A stretch of 64,000 nt of DNA from Paramoeba atlantica (lineage: Eukaryota; Protista; Discosea): contig CDRNVI010000056.1 of assembly GCA_977017575.1 (NCBI GenBank), positions 62,001-126,000 of the forward strand. Reading direction: 5' to 3'. A program made the position numbers and the translations under genes. The notes under the pieces were generated by a model. It ran no database searches and was not told the DNA's origin. It worked only from the letters and a program-made list of their open reading frames with translations. Below, piece by piece: positions 1 to 10,775 of this stretch (within the stretch, counting starts at the first letter, position 1; each line of letters begins with the position of its first letter).

Positions 1-330
1 AGCAGGGTTAAAGACGACCCCATAGGAAATCCTCGGATGAGGCTTCCTGGGCTGCCAAAGCATCCATGCCAAATTCTTCTGCCAGAAGAATCGGTATCGT
101 ATGCATCCACAGATGCAACCACAGAAACCACTGTGGTTACAGTGGTCACAGTGGCAACCACTGTGGTTGCATACCACGTCGTATGCAACCACAGAAACCC
201 TTGGATAAGATGAGGGGATAAAGAAACAGAGCTGTGGATGTGTGCTCTAAAAATCATACGCAGGGTCGCTGATCCCTGGCTACTTACTACAAAATTGTAC
301 TAAAAATAACTAAAGAACTTATGATATCTG

Positions 331-415
331 AACACTACAAATAAGAACACTACAAATAAGAACACTACAAATAAGAACACTACAAATAAGAACACTACAA
401 ATAAGAACACTACAA
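331..415. repeat. 15-bp tandem repeat (AACACTACAAATAAG), 5 full copies plus a partial
   Basis: Read directly from the sequence. Confidence 0.95.
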
Positions 416-605
416 TATTAAGAATATTTCTTACGCTACGTCAGTGTCGCTGCTTTCCGTTGAATCACTTTCTATTTCGAACTCAGTATCCTCTGATTCG
501 CTTTCCATTGAGAATATATAGTCCAGCTTGTCAACATTGCCACGAATGAAAACCTGCTCCGCGATGACTTGCGAAGACAGCGAAGCTTGTCGTGAGTTAT
601 ACATA

Positions 606-1918
606 CAGGGGTGCGGGTCTAAAGGTGGGGGGGGGTCTAAAATTCGTAAAAGTTGTCCAATTTTGGAAAATAATAGCGCATTGGATAGCTCTCACAGAGT
701 TGTATGTTTTAGGCGCATTAAAATCCTGTGATTTTAACGTACATATTTTTTGATACCACATTTCGCTTTTTTCCCTCGCAGGAATTACATTTTTTACTAG
801 AAAATGCCCCAAAAGCGCGCTCGCTCGAGGACTTCCCGTGGAGTACTGAGCGATAGATCGTATTCTTCCCCCGCCCCCGTCAAAGAGAGTCACCGCATGC
901 TTTTGGTGGCGGAATACGAGCGCACAGGATCGTACTCCGCTACGGCGCAGCACTTTGGTGTTCATGAGAACACTGTAAAACGTTGGGTTGAACGTTTTAC
1001 CCTTACAGGTGACGTGTTAACGGCATCCCGAGAGCGTGTCTCGACGGTGGTTACCCCTGCGTTCCTGGATGTGGCTCTCAAACTTGTCGACGAGGGGTAT
1101 CGCGACCTTGTTTACGGTGTAGAGAGCTGGAGCGATCTTCTGCGAGAGATCCGTAGCCAAGGATTCACCTGCAGTCGACGGACCCTAGTCGACACATTGA
1201 AGAAGCAAGGCGTTGTGCTCCGCACTCTTCGGCGACGACCATCACTCACACTCGAACACAAGGAGAAACGGTTGCAATTTTGTAAGGCGATGCTCGAGAA
1301 GAGCGACGCTCAACTCCTTCATTTTGTTTATTGTGACGAAAAGAAGTTTACTTGCGGTCGTGGGCGTTCCGGGCGAACTTACCTTTGTCGGAGCACGGAC
1401 CCCCATAAGGAACAACGAGGCGAGCTAGAATCATGGTACGGCGGAAATGGGATTATGGTTTGGATGGGTGTGAGCGTTTCCGTTCTCCCCTGGCCTGCAA
1501 AATCTCCAGACCTGAATCCGATCGAAAATTTGTGGTCTGTGATGGACACAGACAAAAATCTTCTTCGACCCCGAAATCGACAGCAACTGGAAGCCGCTAT
1601 TGAGGAGTCTTTCCTTAAATTGAAACAGACCCACTCTGCAACGGTTCAGAAAACGTTGAAGAGTTTCAGGAAGCGTTGTGAAATTGTTATTGGTCGGAAC
1701 GGGGGGCACTGTGGTTACTAATTGTCTTTTGCAATCCAAATTACAGAAATTATTGACATCACTAAAGTATTGCAATATGTGTTTTTGACCCTTACATGAA
1801 ATGCTACCTATCCTAAAACATACAACTCTGTGAGAGCTATCCAATGCGCTATTATTTTCCAAAATTGGACAACTTTTACGAATTTTAGACCCCCCCCACC
1901 TTTAGATTCGCACCCCTG
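606..1918 (+). mobile_element. Tc1/mariner element with ~105-bp TIRs and TA TSD
   Basis: TA|CAGGGGTGCG at 604-615 and CGCACCCCTG|TA at 1909-1920; 606-712 is the near-perfect reverse complement of ~1812-1918. Confidence 0.93.
804..1721 (+). CDS. Tc1 transposase with in-frame internal deletion of the second catalytic Asp region
   Basis: N-terminal HTH, YCDEKKF, WPAKSPDLNPIENLW; WMGVS is joined directly to VLPWP, and the missing segment is present at 2067-2275. Confidence 0.85.
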   Translation: MPQKRARSRTSRGVLSDRSYSSPAPVKESHRMLLVAEYERTGSYSATAQHFGVHENTVKRWVERFTLTGDVLTASRERVSTVVTPAFLDVALKLVDEGYRDLVYGVESWSDLLREIRSQGFTCSRRTLVDTLKKQGVVLRTLRRRPSLTLEHKEKRLQFCKAMLEKSDAQLLHFVYCDEKKFTCGRGRSGRTYLCRSTDPHKEQRGELESWYGGNGIMVWMGVSVSVLPWPAKSPDLNPIENLWSVMDTDKNLLRPRNRQQLEAAIEESFLKLKQTHSATVQKTLKSFRKRCEIVIGRNGGHCGY

Positions 1919-1980
1919 TATGTGTGTACATAATCAAAAGTGTGTAAATCAAAAGAACACTTCGCTATCTAAGGCACAGA

Positions 1981-2596
1981 TAAGGACGGACCCCCATAAG
2001 GAACAACGAGGCGAGCTAGACTCATGGTACTGCGGAAATGGGATTATGGTTTGGATGGGTGTGAGCCTCAAACACGGCTTCCATCTCCACATTTTCCCTC
2101 CTCGAAATTCAGAAGGCCAGAAACTCACCGTTACGGGTGAAATTTTTGATCAGGCTATGAAAAAGCCACGGGGCTTTCTTCAATATCTAAAGCGACATCC
2201 AGCGGCCACGATTGCCATGGACAACTACCCGGCCCACAACAAGGCGCGTGCTACAGGAATTTCCGTGATACAGGAATTTCCGTTCTTCCCTGGCAAAATC
2301 TCCAAACCTGAATCCGATCGAAAATTTGTGGTCTGTGATGGACACAGACAAAAATCTTCTTCGACCCCGAAATCGACAGCAACTGGAAGCCGCTATTGAG
2401 GAGTCTTTCCTTAAATTGAAACAGACCCACTCTGCAAAGGTTCAGAAAACGTTGAAGAGTTTCAGGAAGCGTTGTGAAATTGTTATTGGTCGGAACGGGG
2501 GGCACTGTGGTTACTAATTGTCTTTTGCAATCCAAATTACAGAAATTATTGACACCACTAAAGTATTGCAATATGTGTTTTTGACCCTTACATGAA
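1981..2596 (+). pseudogene. 3' fragment of the same Tc1 transposase, frameshifted, no TIR
   Basis: Near-identical to 1392-1798 but contains LKHGFHLHIF...AMDNYPAH; 17-nt duplication at ~2252-2283. Confidence 0.85.
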
Positions 2597-3240
2597 AGGG
2601 GGTACCCCCAAACCCCGGAAGCTTTGGGAGAATACAATGGTGGTAGGACGTACTCTTTTTCACGTACGTAGAGCACACTAATTATTATGTGCTCCGATTT
2701 TACCCTGTCAATCCCTGTGTCGACAGCTATTCCGTAATAAAAACAGTCATCGATGGCATTGCGTAATTTTTGCCAAAGCTCATCAGCAATAGAACCGCTG
2801 TCGCGGTGCAGTTGTTTGATGGTCTTCGGTAAGTTGCTTAAAATTAGCTCTTGGGTACAATTCGGACGGAGTTTTTCCATCGTCTGGATAAGCCATATGA
2901 AGCGCGTAGCAGGCAAATTGGTTAGGGTCTGCAAGCAGGGTATTATTTTCCACGCGTATCTCTGCACGTCGGAAGCATCTGTACGTTCCTCTGGTGATTC
3001 CGGCAGCTGCTTCTGCATACATCGAAGACGACGTAGAGACACGAGATAGTGATTTTTAGTTTTGCAGTGAGATGCGAAAGCGCACCCATCATAAATACAC
3101 TTGAAGTGCAGATTGTATCCCATTGCATCGATCGGCCGACCTTCATGAGAAAATGCGCAGTCAAAACCACAACGCACAAGTACAAAATCATTCGGCATTG
3201 CATCAGCCGTCATGTTGTATCTTTTGCCGCGTGCTTTCAC
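2597..3240 (-). pseudogene. hAT-like transposase 5' half, truncated by the Tc1 fragment
   Basis: C2H2-like N-terminus (C..C..F..H....H) and FYYGIAVDTGID...IISVLYV resembling the hAT first-Asp motif (FSIALDESTD...L.VRY). Confidence 0.5.
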
Positions 3241-4527
3241 GGTTGTAGCATTGCGCTCTGGTGTTGCAGAAATTGAGCCACAGATGGTGACGAATCGTCG
3301 GGTGGAGTCAAATCAAGTTCAGCTCTACGCTTCGCACGTGTCATTTGACAGGGAGATAAAATGAACTCAGTAGTATGCTTCGATAAATATTTTTTTATGT
3401 GTACTAAGTGTGAATGAATGTGATACAATTTAAAAACAGTGCAAAATACTTAACCGTGCTTTGAGAGTTGATTCGAGATCATGTTTTCATTTTAGTAGTC
3501 GTAAAGACATGTGAGCCTTAACCGAGTACAGCGAGTACGTACTCGTGTACGGCGAGTACAAGCGAGTATGGCCTGGAAAGCTGAAGAAAACGGAAAGATT
3601 ATAGGCAAAAATAGTCGATTTTTCGGGTAAAAATTGGGTCATTTTTGGGTATTTTTGCTCTCCGAGCACTAAATCATTCTTTTGCGCGTGCGAAATCACT
3701 CGTGGACATGAATGAAGTAGAGAATGCGACTCCAGCCACACCATTCCATACAGAAAGGCCCCGTGGGGTCCGAAAAATGCTACTATTTACCGAAAAATAC
3801 TACTACTTACTACTCTACACATACCCCTGCCGGGTAAATGGGGAATTACCCGGGTCGGCGACCCAGGTACCCGCACGGACCCGCACCGACCCGCACTGAC
3901 TCGTCGTCTTATAAAGATACATAAACATCTGTTTTTTGGACCATTTCATTGGGAAAAGATAAAGTATATCTTTGTTTTGGATCGTATTGGTAGTACTCTG
4001 ATTTCGAATGACAAAAACGTTGTTTCCTGGTTGACGCACTGGCGATCGGGACCTCCCAGTGTGATGAAATGGCTGAACCGTTTACTTTTTTATCATATGA
4101 AGGGTTATGTCCGCGATATAGGCCACGGCGTCCGATTCACATCGGACGATGGAACAGCGATCCCAGCCTCCCGAGCTAAGGCCGGCGCTAGAAAAACAAA
4201 GCGCTAAATAACTAGGCCCGTTCAGGGCACTGGTCGTCCCTCCGGGATCGCTAGTGAATGAGTGCGTCCTCACTCTATGTCCCTTGATGAATTCTCGGTG
4301 GTGAGATTCTGACGCCCGTACTCTTCAGGAAACGGAGAGGTTGCTCAGCCCCACTTAAAAAGAGACTCAGACCGACGTAGAGGTTTCTCTGTAACGGAGA
4401 ATCCTGCTACGATCCCATAGCCCTAGTTGGCCAAACGGGATATCTTATCTTATCTTATCGTGTTCCAATAAACCACCAGATCGGGGCCTGAACGATGGAG
4501 TTGTTTCCCGCCGCAGACCTTGTGGTG

Positions 4528-4797
4528 TCATTGTTGATTGTGATGATCGACAACGTTTTGACAGGATAAGCATGTCCATGAGCTGACCGAGCGCGGCTCT
4601 TTCTCACACGGAATTACCGCTTTGATGCATAGATTGTAAAGGAACCGTAACATTGCATTATGTTTGGAGGATGCATTTAGTCCGGTGCATCGCACACATC
4701 CTGGAATGAGAATTAGTATGTTGTTTGAGTCGAGAACGATGTTGCAGCCAGGGCACTGAAGGTTCTTCAGGAGTTTGGGAGGAAAGCAACATGTCAA
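4528..4797 (-). pseudogene. Fragment of the non-LTR retrotransposon zinc-knuckle/pre-RLE region
   Basis: CPGC...GC......KHNAMLRFLYNLC..A.IPCEKEP fits the CCHC/'RHN' region of RLE-type elements. Confidence 0.6.
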
Positions 4798-4987
4798 AAT
4801 TTTAAAAAAAGTTCAGACCATATGGACTCAAAGCGGAAGCCCAGGTGTCGAAAAATTCGCCAAGTGTTTTCGTCCATTGAAATAGCTTAGCTTTAGCGGG
4901 TGCGGTCGGGTGCGGCCGGGTGCGCCAAGTAATCGTAATTTTGGCGGTCCACCCCTCTTAATAATCACTTAATTACTCTTCTGTCCC

Positions 4988-5425
4988 ATGGTCAGAGGTA
5001 ACAAGCGACCACGCGGATTTGAATCTGATAAAAATTACCCGACCCGTAGTCTCCTTCCCTTTTGCGATCGCAATGGAAAATTTGGTTGGACGAAGCATAC
5101 CCTACAAGTTGAATTAATCCGAGCTGGTATAGAGGAAAACCCAGGCCCGAAGCGCCCACGCGGCCGGCCCAAGGGAAGCAAAACAAGAGTTAAGGGAGTG
5201 TTGAATCTGGAAGAAGTTCACCCTGGAAGCCCTTGTACATCCGGGGCCTCAGAAGCAGTCCCACGTGGGACCATACTGGAGAAGATGGCTGGAGGAATAT
5301 TCGAATTGTTCAACCAAAGAGGTTCAATCGGAATCGCATATCACAGAAACTGTGTAATACGACAAATCTTCCGCCTCGTCAACTCCACGAAATACAAAGC
5401 CTGTGGGAAACATACATATCACTGA
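4988..5425 (+). CDS. ORF with 2A-like motif (LIRAGIEENPGP) followed by an AT-hook (KRPRGRPK); frameshifted downstream
   Basis: Motifs at 5126-5149 and 5150-5173. Confidence 0.5.
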   Translation: MVRGNKRPRGFESDKNYPTRSLLPFCDRNGKFGWTKHTLQVELIRAGIEENPGPKRPRGRPKGSKTRVKGVLNLEEVHPGSPCTSGASEAVPRGTILEKMAGGIFELFNQRGSIGIAYHRNCVIRQIFRLVNSTKYKACGKHTYH

Positions 5426-5769
5426 TTACACGACCTAGTCTGCGTAAATTGTATCACATGCAATTACCGTGTTGGAAGGAATTATGCGGTGGAATATGCA
5501 GAGACTTTGAAATACAACACACAGACGCAAAAGCAAAGATGCTATTGTAACTTACAAGCCACTTACTCCAGGGTGTGTTCTTTGCGCCTTTAATATTTTA
5601 TGACCCGGTCGGTGCGGGTAACTGGGTCACAGACCCGGGTAATTTACCCGCACAGACCCGCTAATGGGTAATTACCCATCGACCCGGCAGGGGTATGTCT
5701 ATACGACCAGCATGTTATTTTCTGTAGTTTCTTATACTTTGTAGAAGCGTTGCTACACTTTCTATCGAA

Positions 5770-6441
5770 ATGCTACCATACTTGTTGTTGGAGGACGTGA
5801 ACTACAGTATTCGAAAGCCAGCTAAAGTTTCTGGTGTGCCCTTACCTCCTCAATACGATTTGTTACGACTTTTGCAAGACGTCGAAAATCTGCATCCTTC
5901 ATGGAACAGTATTACTCCGGCTTGTGAGTGGGAACAGGTGTTTTGTACGCCTCCAGATGAAATTGAAGACATTGCTGACCTTATTTGCCCAAAACCATCA
6001 TCAAAACGATCAGGTGAAATTTCTCGGTTTTATTGGTGTAATAGAGGGCTCCGTGGAACTTTAAATTGGAATTACTTACCTGCGAAGCTAAAACGGTTGA
6101 ACGTGGATAAAAACCAGCTTACGGGTGATGTTCCTTTTGATGTATTGCCCGCTACACTGAAGGTGATCCACTTGTCAAACAACCGTTTTAGTGGAACGCC
6201 TTCCTTTCGCCACTTACCCGCACTTGAGGAGGTTTACTTGAACGAAAATAATTTTGTAGGATGGGTGAAATTTGAATTTCTTGCTCTTTCGGTTAGAAAT
6301 TTATTTGTAGGTAACAATCCGTTGCTACAAGGGTCGCTGGATGTTGCTGAGCGCGCAGACATGTGTTATAGCGTTATTAATACTAAGATTTCGCCTAGCA
6401 ACGGTCAATTGAGTGCATTTCCCAACTTCCAGGTGGACTAG
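5770..6441 (+). CDS. Short LRR protein (family member 1)
   Basis: TPACEWEQVFC cap plus LPxxLxxLxLxxNxF repeats. Confidence 0.85.
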   Translation: MLPYLLLEDVNYSIRKPAKVSGVPLPPQYDLLRLLQDVENLHPSWNSITPACEWEQVFCTPPDEIEDIADLICPKPSSKRSGEISRFYWCNRGLRGTLNWNYLPAKLKRLNVDKNQLTGDVPFDVLPATLKVIHLSNNRFSGTPSFRHLPALEEVYLNENNFVGWVKFEFLALSVRNLFVGNNPLLQGSLDVAERADMCYSVINTKISPSNGQLSAFPNFQVD

Positions 6442-6857
6442 GTCCATCTGTATCTTAGATGATAAAAATGAAATCGTACGCTACTATGTACCGCCCCCCG
6501 TTACCCATCATTGCTTTTCGGAAAAAGAGGACAGACAATTTCGGGGAGGAGGGGTTTGACAATTACTTGTGGGCTCAATATTAGGGGGATGAAAAGTACA
6601 GGGCAGCATTAAATTACGGTCACATTTTATTACGGTTTTATTTTATTACGGGATTCTTTAATTAAGTTTTTTTGCCGGCAAAAAACGTTAAATTATTTTT
6701 ACTAAAAGCTGTAAAATTATTCGTAAAAACTAAATATTTTTCTGAGGGAGATACGGTAAGTATCTAACTCGCTTACTGTGGTAACTCGCTTAACTAAACG
6801 TGCTTCAGTGGCCAGGGCTATAACGAATGAACGAAAAAAAAGTACGATATTTTATGG

Positions 6858-7295
6858 ACAGCTGGTCACCCCTCGAAAAAATGGCGAGCTGGCCACTTTC
6901 TGAAAAAGTTGGCCAGCTGGCCGCCTGACGAAGGAGTGGTCAGCTGACCACCGAAAAGGCGTTCGCATTTCGTATGTGTAAGATAAATCTTCAAATCCTA
7001 AAAACGTGGCCGGCTGACCACCCCCTAGAGGAGTGAGCATCTGGCCACTTTTTCAGGGGGTAGCCGGAACCACTTTGTGGCAGGGGGTGGTTAGCAGGCC
7101 ACTTTTTCAGCGGGTGATCGCCTGACCACTTTTTCAGGGGGTGGTCAGTTGGTCACTTTTTCAGCAGGTGGTCAGCAGGCCACCTTTCCAGGGAGCGGCA
7201 GGCTGGCTTTTTCTTGGTGGGCGGTATGCTGGCCATTTTATGAGTGGGCGGTTAGCTGGCCACTTTTTCAGGGGGTGGCCAGCTGAAGGCCTTGA
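6858..7295. repeat. Degenerate ~27-bp repeat array (GGCCACTTTTTCAGGGGGTGGTCAGC), left block inverted relative to right block
   Basis: At least 8 forward units at 7040-7290 and reverse units at 6858-7030; resembles transposon subterminal repeats. Confidence 0.75.
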
Positions 7296-7332
7296 AGGCC
7301 TTCTCTGACTCTCTCGAGGGTTTATGGAATCG

Positions 7333-7531
7333 AGGCAGAAAGGAGCGAGGGAGATACGAAGCAACAGGTCTAGCCGATTCCTACTGAAAAAAATTCGTAT
7401 CTCTCTGCACGCAGTTGACTCCAAGCAAGCGAGCGCATAGTTAAGTATTTCTTGTGCAGAGAGATACGATTTCTTTTCAGTAGGAATCTGCTACACCTGT
7501 TGCTTCGTATCTCCCTTGCCCCTTTATGCCT
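7333..7531. mobile_element. 199-bp foldback/MITE, copy 1
   Basis: Arms GGGAGATACGAAGCAACAGGT...ACCTGTTGCTTCGTATCTCCC; homologous to 55862-56061. Confidence 0.8.
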
Positions 7532-8137
7532 GGTTTTTTTTTTGAGTCGCTTTTTGACTTGGATCAAAATGTCTCTCCCGATAGATGTCACGCTAGCCGT
7601 GGAAGTATGCGATAAAGACGAGAATCGTGAGGTCTGGATCAGGGAGCTATTCAACGTGTAACTGATTTCGCTCATATGACACGCACAACAAAAGAAAGGT
7701 TTCGTACTCACCTGTTTGTAGTTGGTTAGGCATTGGGCTGATATTGATTGATATAGGTATTTGAAAAATTTAATGTTTCCGCCTTCTTCTAATTGTCTTG
7801 CAATACTTAGGAATTTTACTTAATTACGGTATTAGTATAATAGTTATTATTGTATAATAGTTATTAACTAATTATGTGTATTTCTATTACGAACTATGTT
7901 TATTTCGTATAATTGTATTTTGTATAGTTGTATAAACTATGTTTATTTTTGTATGAAAATCTAAGTATGTGTTTTTCCTGAATAGAAAAAAACGGATTAC
8001 CGTACACCGTATTATATTATTAATAAGTGTGCGAGGGATTTAATAAAAACAGGAGAAAGAGAAAGATTTTTACGCAAAAGAACCCTTAAGGAACAATTAC
8101 TAATCTTGAACCCGTAAGGAACAATTACACGTCTCAG

Positions 8138-9011
8138 TTATGGCTCGGAGTCGTGCCTTTCTTGAAGACTTGACCTACCCAAACTACCCCACTCACACAT
8201 TAACCTTTTCTTTAGCATCGAATTCGCCCCCTCAACAATATTAGTATGCACCCCTTCAATTATCCATTCATTTCGGTGAATAACTTCACTCCAAAGGTAC
8301 TTCCCGTCGAATCCAGGAGCGTTGTGCGTCGCCCCGTCTGTCCATATCCTCGTACGGGGCTCGCGAGCCAGTTCCTCAACGAGGGGTACCAGAGTTGAGC
8401 CTTTTTTGTCTGGCACTGGAGTCACATAGATTTCACGAAGTTTTCCACCCCTTGTTGTGTCACACAAGGTTTGAGCAACCTCGCTATCGGCCTGACGCAC
8501 TCTTCGGTTTCGATTCGGGCCTCCGACTTTAATCTTGGAGAAAAAAGTCTCATCAACCTGCATATAGTCACCATTTACCTCCAGGCGTCGATATTGATGG
8601 GCCCATGATGCGGTCCATACTCTGTAGGAATTTGCACGCTGTCCTCTCAGAAAACAAACATTCTTCGGACATGTTCTTCCCCTACATTGAACGCGAGTAG
8701 CAGATCAATGCGATGACTAGTTGCTTTGGTGTGATCTTAGACCTGGAAGGAAGAAGGGGGGATTCCAAGGAATAACGGGCCCGACAAGTTCGTACGGGGC
8801 ACTGCCACTGACCATTCTGAACAACACATGTCGTTAATGAGTGGCCCTGCTCACACTTCACAAGTTGGGCTACAAGATGGTGCCCTTTAAGCCAGTGAAG
8901 GCAATTCAGAGCGAAGTCATCCCATTGCCCCACCTCACTTAATGGAAGACGTGCGGAACATTTCATCTTATGGCATCCGCAGCAAAACCCACCATTAAAG
9001 TCATTCATCAT
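8138..9011 (-). pseudogene. Merlin/IS1595-family transposase, interrupted
   Basis: QVDETFF, IWTDG and VIH...GVHTNIVEGANSMLK motifs; upstream ORF has the W.C....C...S zinc finger. Confidence 0.85.
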
Positions 9012-9860
9012 GATTGCACCAGTAGCTGAGAGCGTAAAAAAGTCAAAAATACTAGCAAAGACTCTAAGCTATGTATTTAGCAAGAGACAGAAACGAAAAC
9101 AAAATACAAAAAGCGCATTTTATATTTTCGAAAAAGTATGACATCTTCGTTTAATTCCACCCGTACTATCCCCCCTATCGTAGCGTTGCCCCGGTACCCC
9201 ACCTTATTAGCGTTGCTTTTGAACAGTCCGTCCTTGGAGTTCCGAAATTTCCAACACCGTGAATATCCAGGAGCTCTTCCAGTCGTTGTATAGTATTCTT
9301 CGCGCTTCTTGGCCGTTTCTCTTGTTAATGCTTGTTGTGCGAGGAGAGTACGAGGGTTACAGGTGCGGTAGAACGTGTACGTGCCTTCTCGTATAGCACG
9401 AGCTCGGTTGCGAAGCCCGCCTGGGCCTCTTGTCATACAGAATGCCTGTGTGACTTACTACAGTAACTAACAAAAGTGTTCAAATGTTTTCACAAATTTT
9501 AATGTTTTTATATTTTACAAAAGAGATGCAGAGGATAATGCAGTAGTATATTACAGTAGTGTAGGCTGGAGTAGTGCTTACATTCCCACGTACTTAGACT
9601 TCATCAACGATCTTACAATAAAAAACTATGAAAGATATAATGCGATCCCAACACTTGAACACTTTTTTCACTTTTTTGAGATTATTTTTTTTTGACCAAA
9701 ACTTTGCCTTACTTCACCCTTACCAAACCAAAATGACCAAAACTTAATACTTCGTAAGTCCCCCCTTCGCCCTAATTACTGCCCTTAAACGACGGGGCAT
9801 GCTGCGGACAAGAGGAAGACATGCACTCGGAGGAAGGCCTGCCCACGCTTTTTGGGCGCG

Positions 9861-10673
9861 TTACCAAAGTTCCAACATTCCTACGGGAGGATCTGGATGA
9901 TCCGCAGTCGACTTTTTGAGCTCGCCCCATAGGTGCTCTATGGGATTTAAATCGGGAGACTGCGGGGGCCAGTCTAGGACACACAATTCTTGTAAACGAA
10001 GGAATTCCCGGGCCTTCTTACTCGTGTGCTTTGGATCATTATCTTGTTGGAAGATGATCCGGTCCTTCATGACTTCCAACTTGTGGAGGGAAGGAGACAA
10101 ATTCTGTTGAAGTATTTGAACGTACTGTTCAGCATTCATGTTGCCATGAACCAGAGCAATGGAGCCCACGCCGTGAGCCATCATACACCCCCATACCATG
10201 ATGGATCCCCCACCGTACTTCACGGTGCTGTGTGTATTACGCTCTGAAAGTGCTTCCCCAAAGCTCACCCACGCCCACCGGCTGCCATTCGACTCGAAAC
10301 GGCAGATCTTACTTTCATCAGTGAAAAGCACACGGCTCCAGTCGGCGTTCGTCCAATGCTCATACTTCTTTGCAAAGGCAAGACGTAGAGCTTTGTGACG
10401 CTTCGTAAGGTGGGGTTTCCGTAATTTCTTCTTCCCCTTCAAACCACGCTTCCGAAGGGAAACCCGAATGGTTTGGGGCGAAACATCTGCAACCCCCTCA
10501 TCTCTCAACCTTTTACTGGTCGCGACTGCATCCTTAGTTGCACCGCTGGTGATGAGGCGGCGGACGCGATTGGAGCATGTCTCTGTAAGCTTGCGAGGGC
10601 GACCTGTTTTCGGTTTGTTAACTAAGTTGGGTAGGTACTTTTTCTTAATGTTACTTACATTTCCTACGCTCAA
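9861..10673 (-). CDS. Tc1 DD34E transposase, left arm, 5'-truncated
   Basis: FTDESK, FQQDNDPKH, WPPQSPDLNPIE with 34-residue D-E spacing; starts at TTG, no upstream ATG. Confidence 0.85.
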   Translation of the reverse strand: MSVGNVSNIKKKYLPNLVNKPKTGRPRKLTETCSNRVRRLITSGATKDAVATSKRLRDEGVADVSPQTIRVSLRKRGLKGKKKLRKPHLTKRHKALRLAFAKKYEHWTNADWSRVLFTDESKICRFESNGSRWAWVSFGEALSERNTHSTVKYGGGSIMVWGCMMAHGVGSIALVHGNMNAEQYVQILQQNLSPSLHKLEVMKDRIIFQQDNDPKHTSKKAREFLRLQELCVLDWPPQSPDLNPIEHLWGELKKSTADHPDPPVGMLELW

Positions 10674-10775
10674 TTGTAGATCTGACGATACCTTCCACCC
10701 AGTGATCTACGTAGGCTTGTTGTAGAAAAACTAAAGAACGGATTATCAATTCGGAAGGTATCGTCAGATCTACAA

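Larger units (their letters stand above)
3820..5697. mobile_element. Non-autonomous TIR element (CATACCCCTGCCGGGT ends, 6-bp TSD, ACCCG subterminal repeats), possibly hAT-related
   Basis: 16-bp perfect TIR; flanks TCTACA (3814-3819) and TCTATA (5698-5703); ACCCG/CGGGT clusters at both ends. Confidence 0.8.

Noticed and set aside
112-200. AACCACTGTGGTT palindromic repeats
   Set aside because: Short and close to the window edge, with no termini or partner visible.
4150-4255. Complete HDV-like or hammerhead ribozyme
   Set aside because: No matching P1 5' strand or C-containing J4/2 was found, and TTGATGA at ~4284 is not the CUGANGA core in a valid three-stem context; kept only as a structured region.
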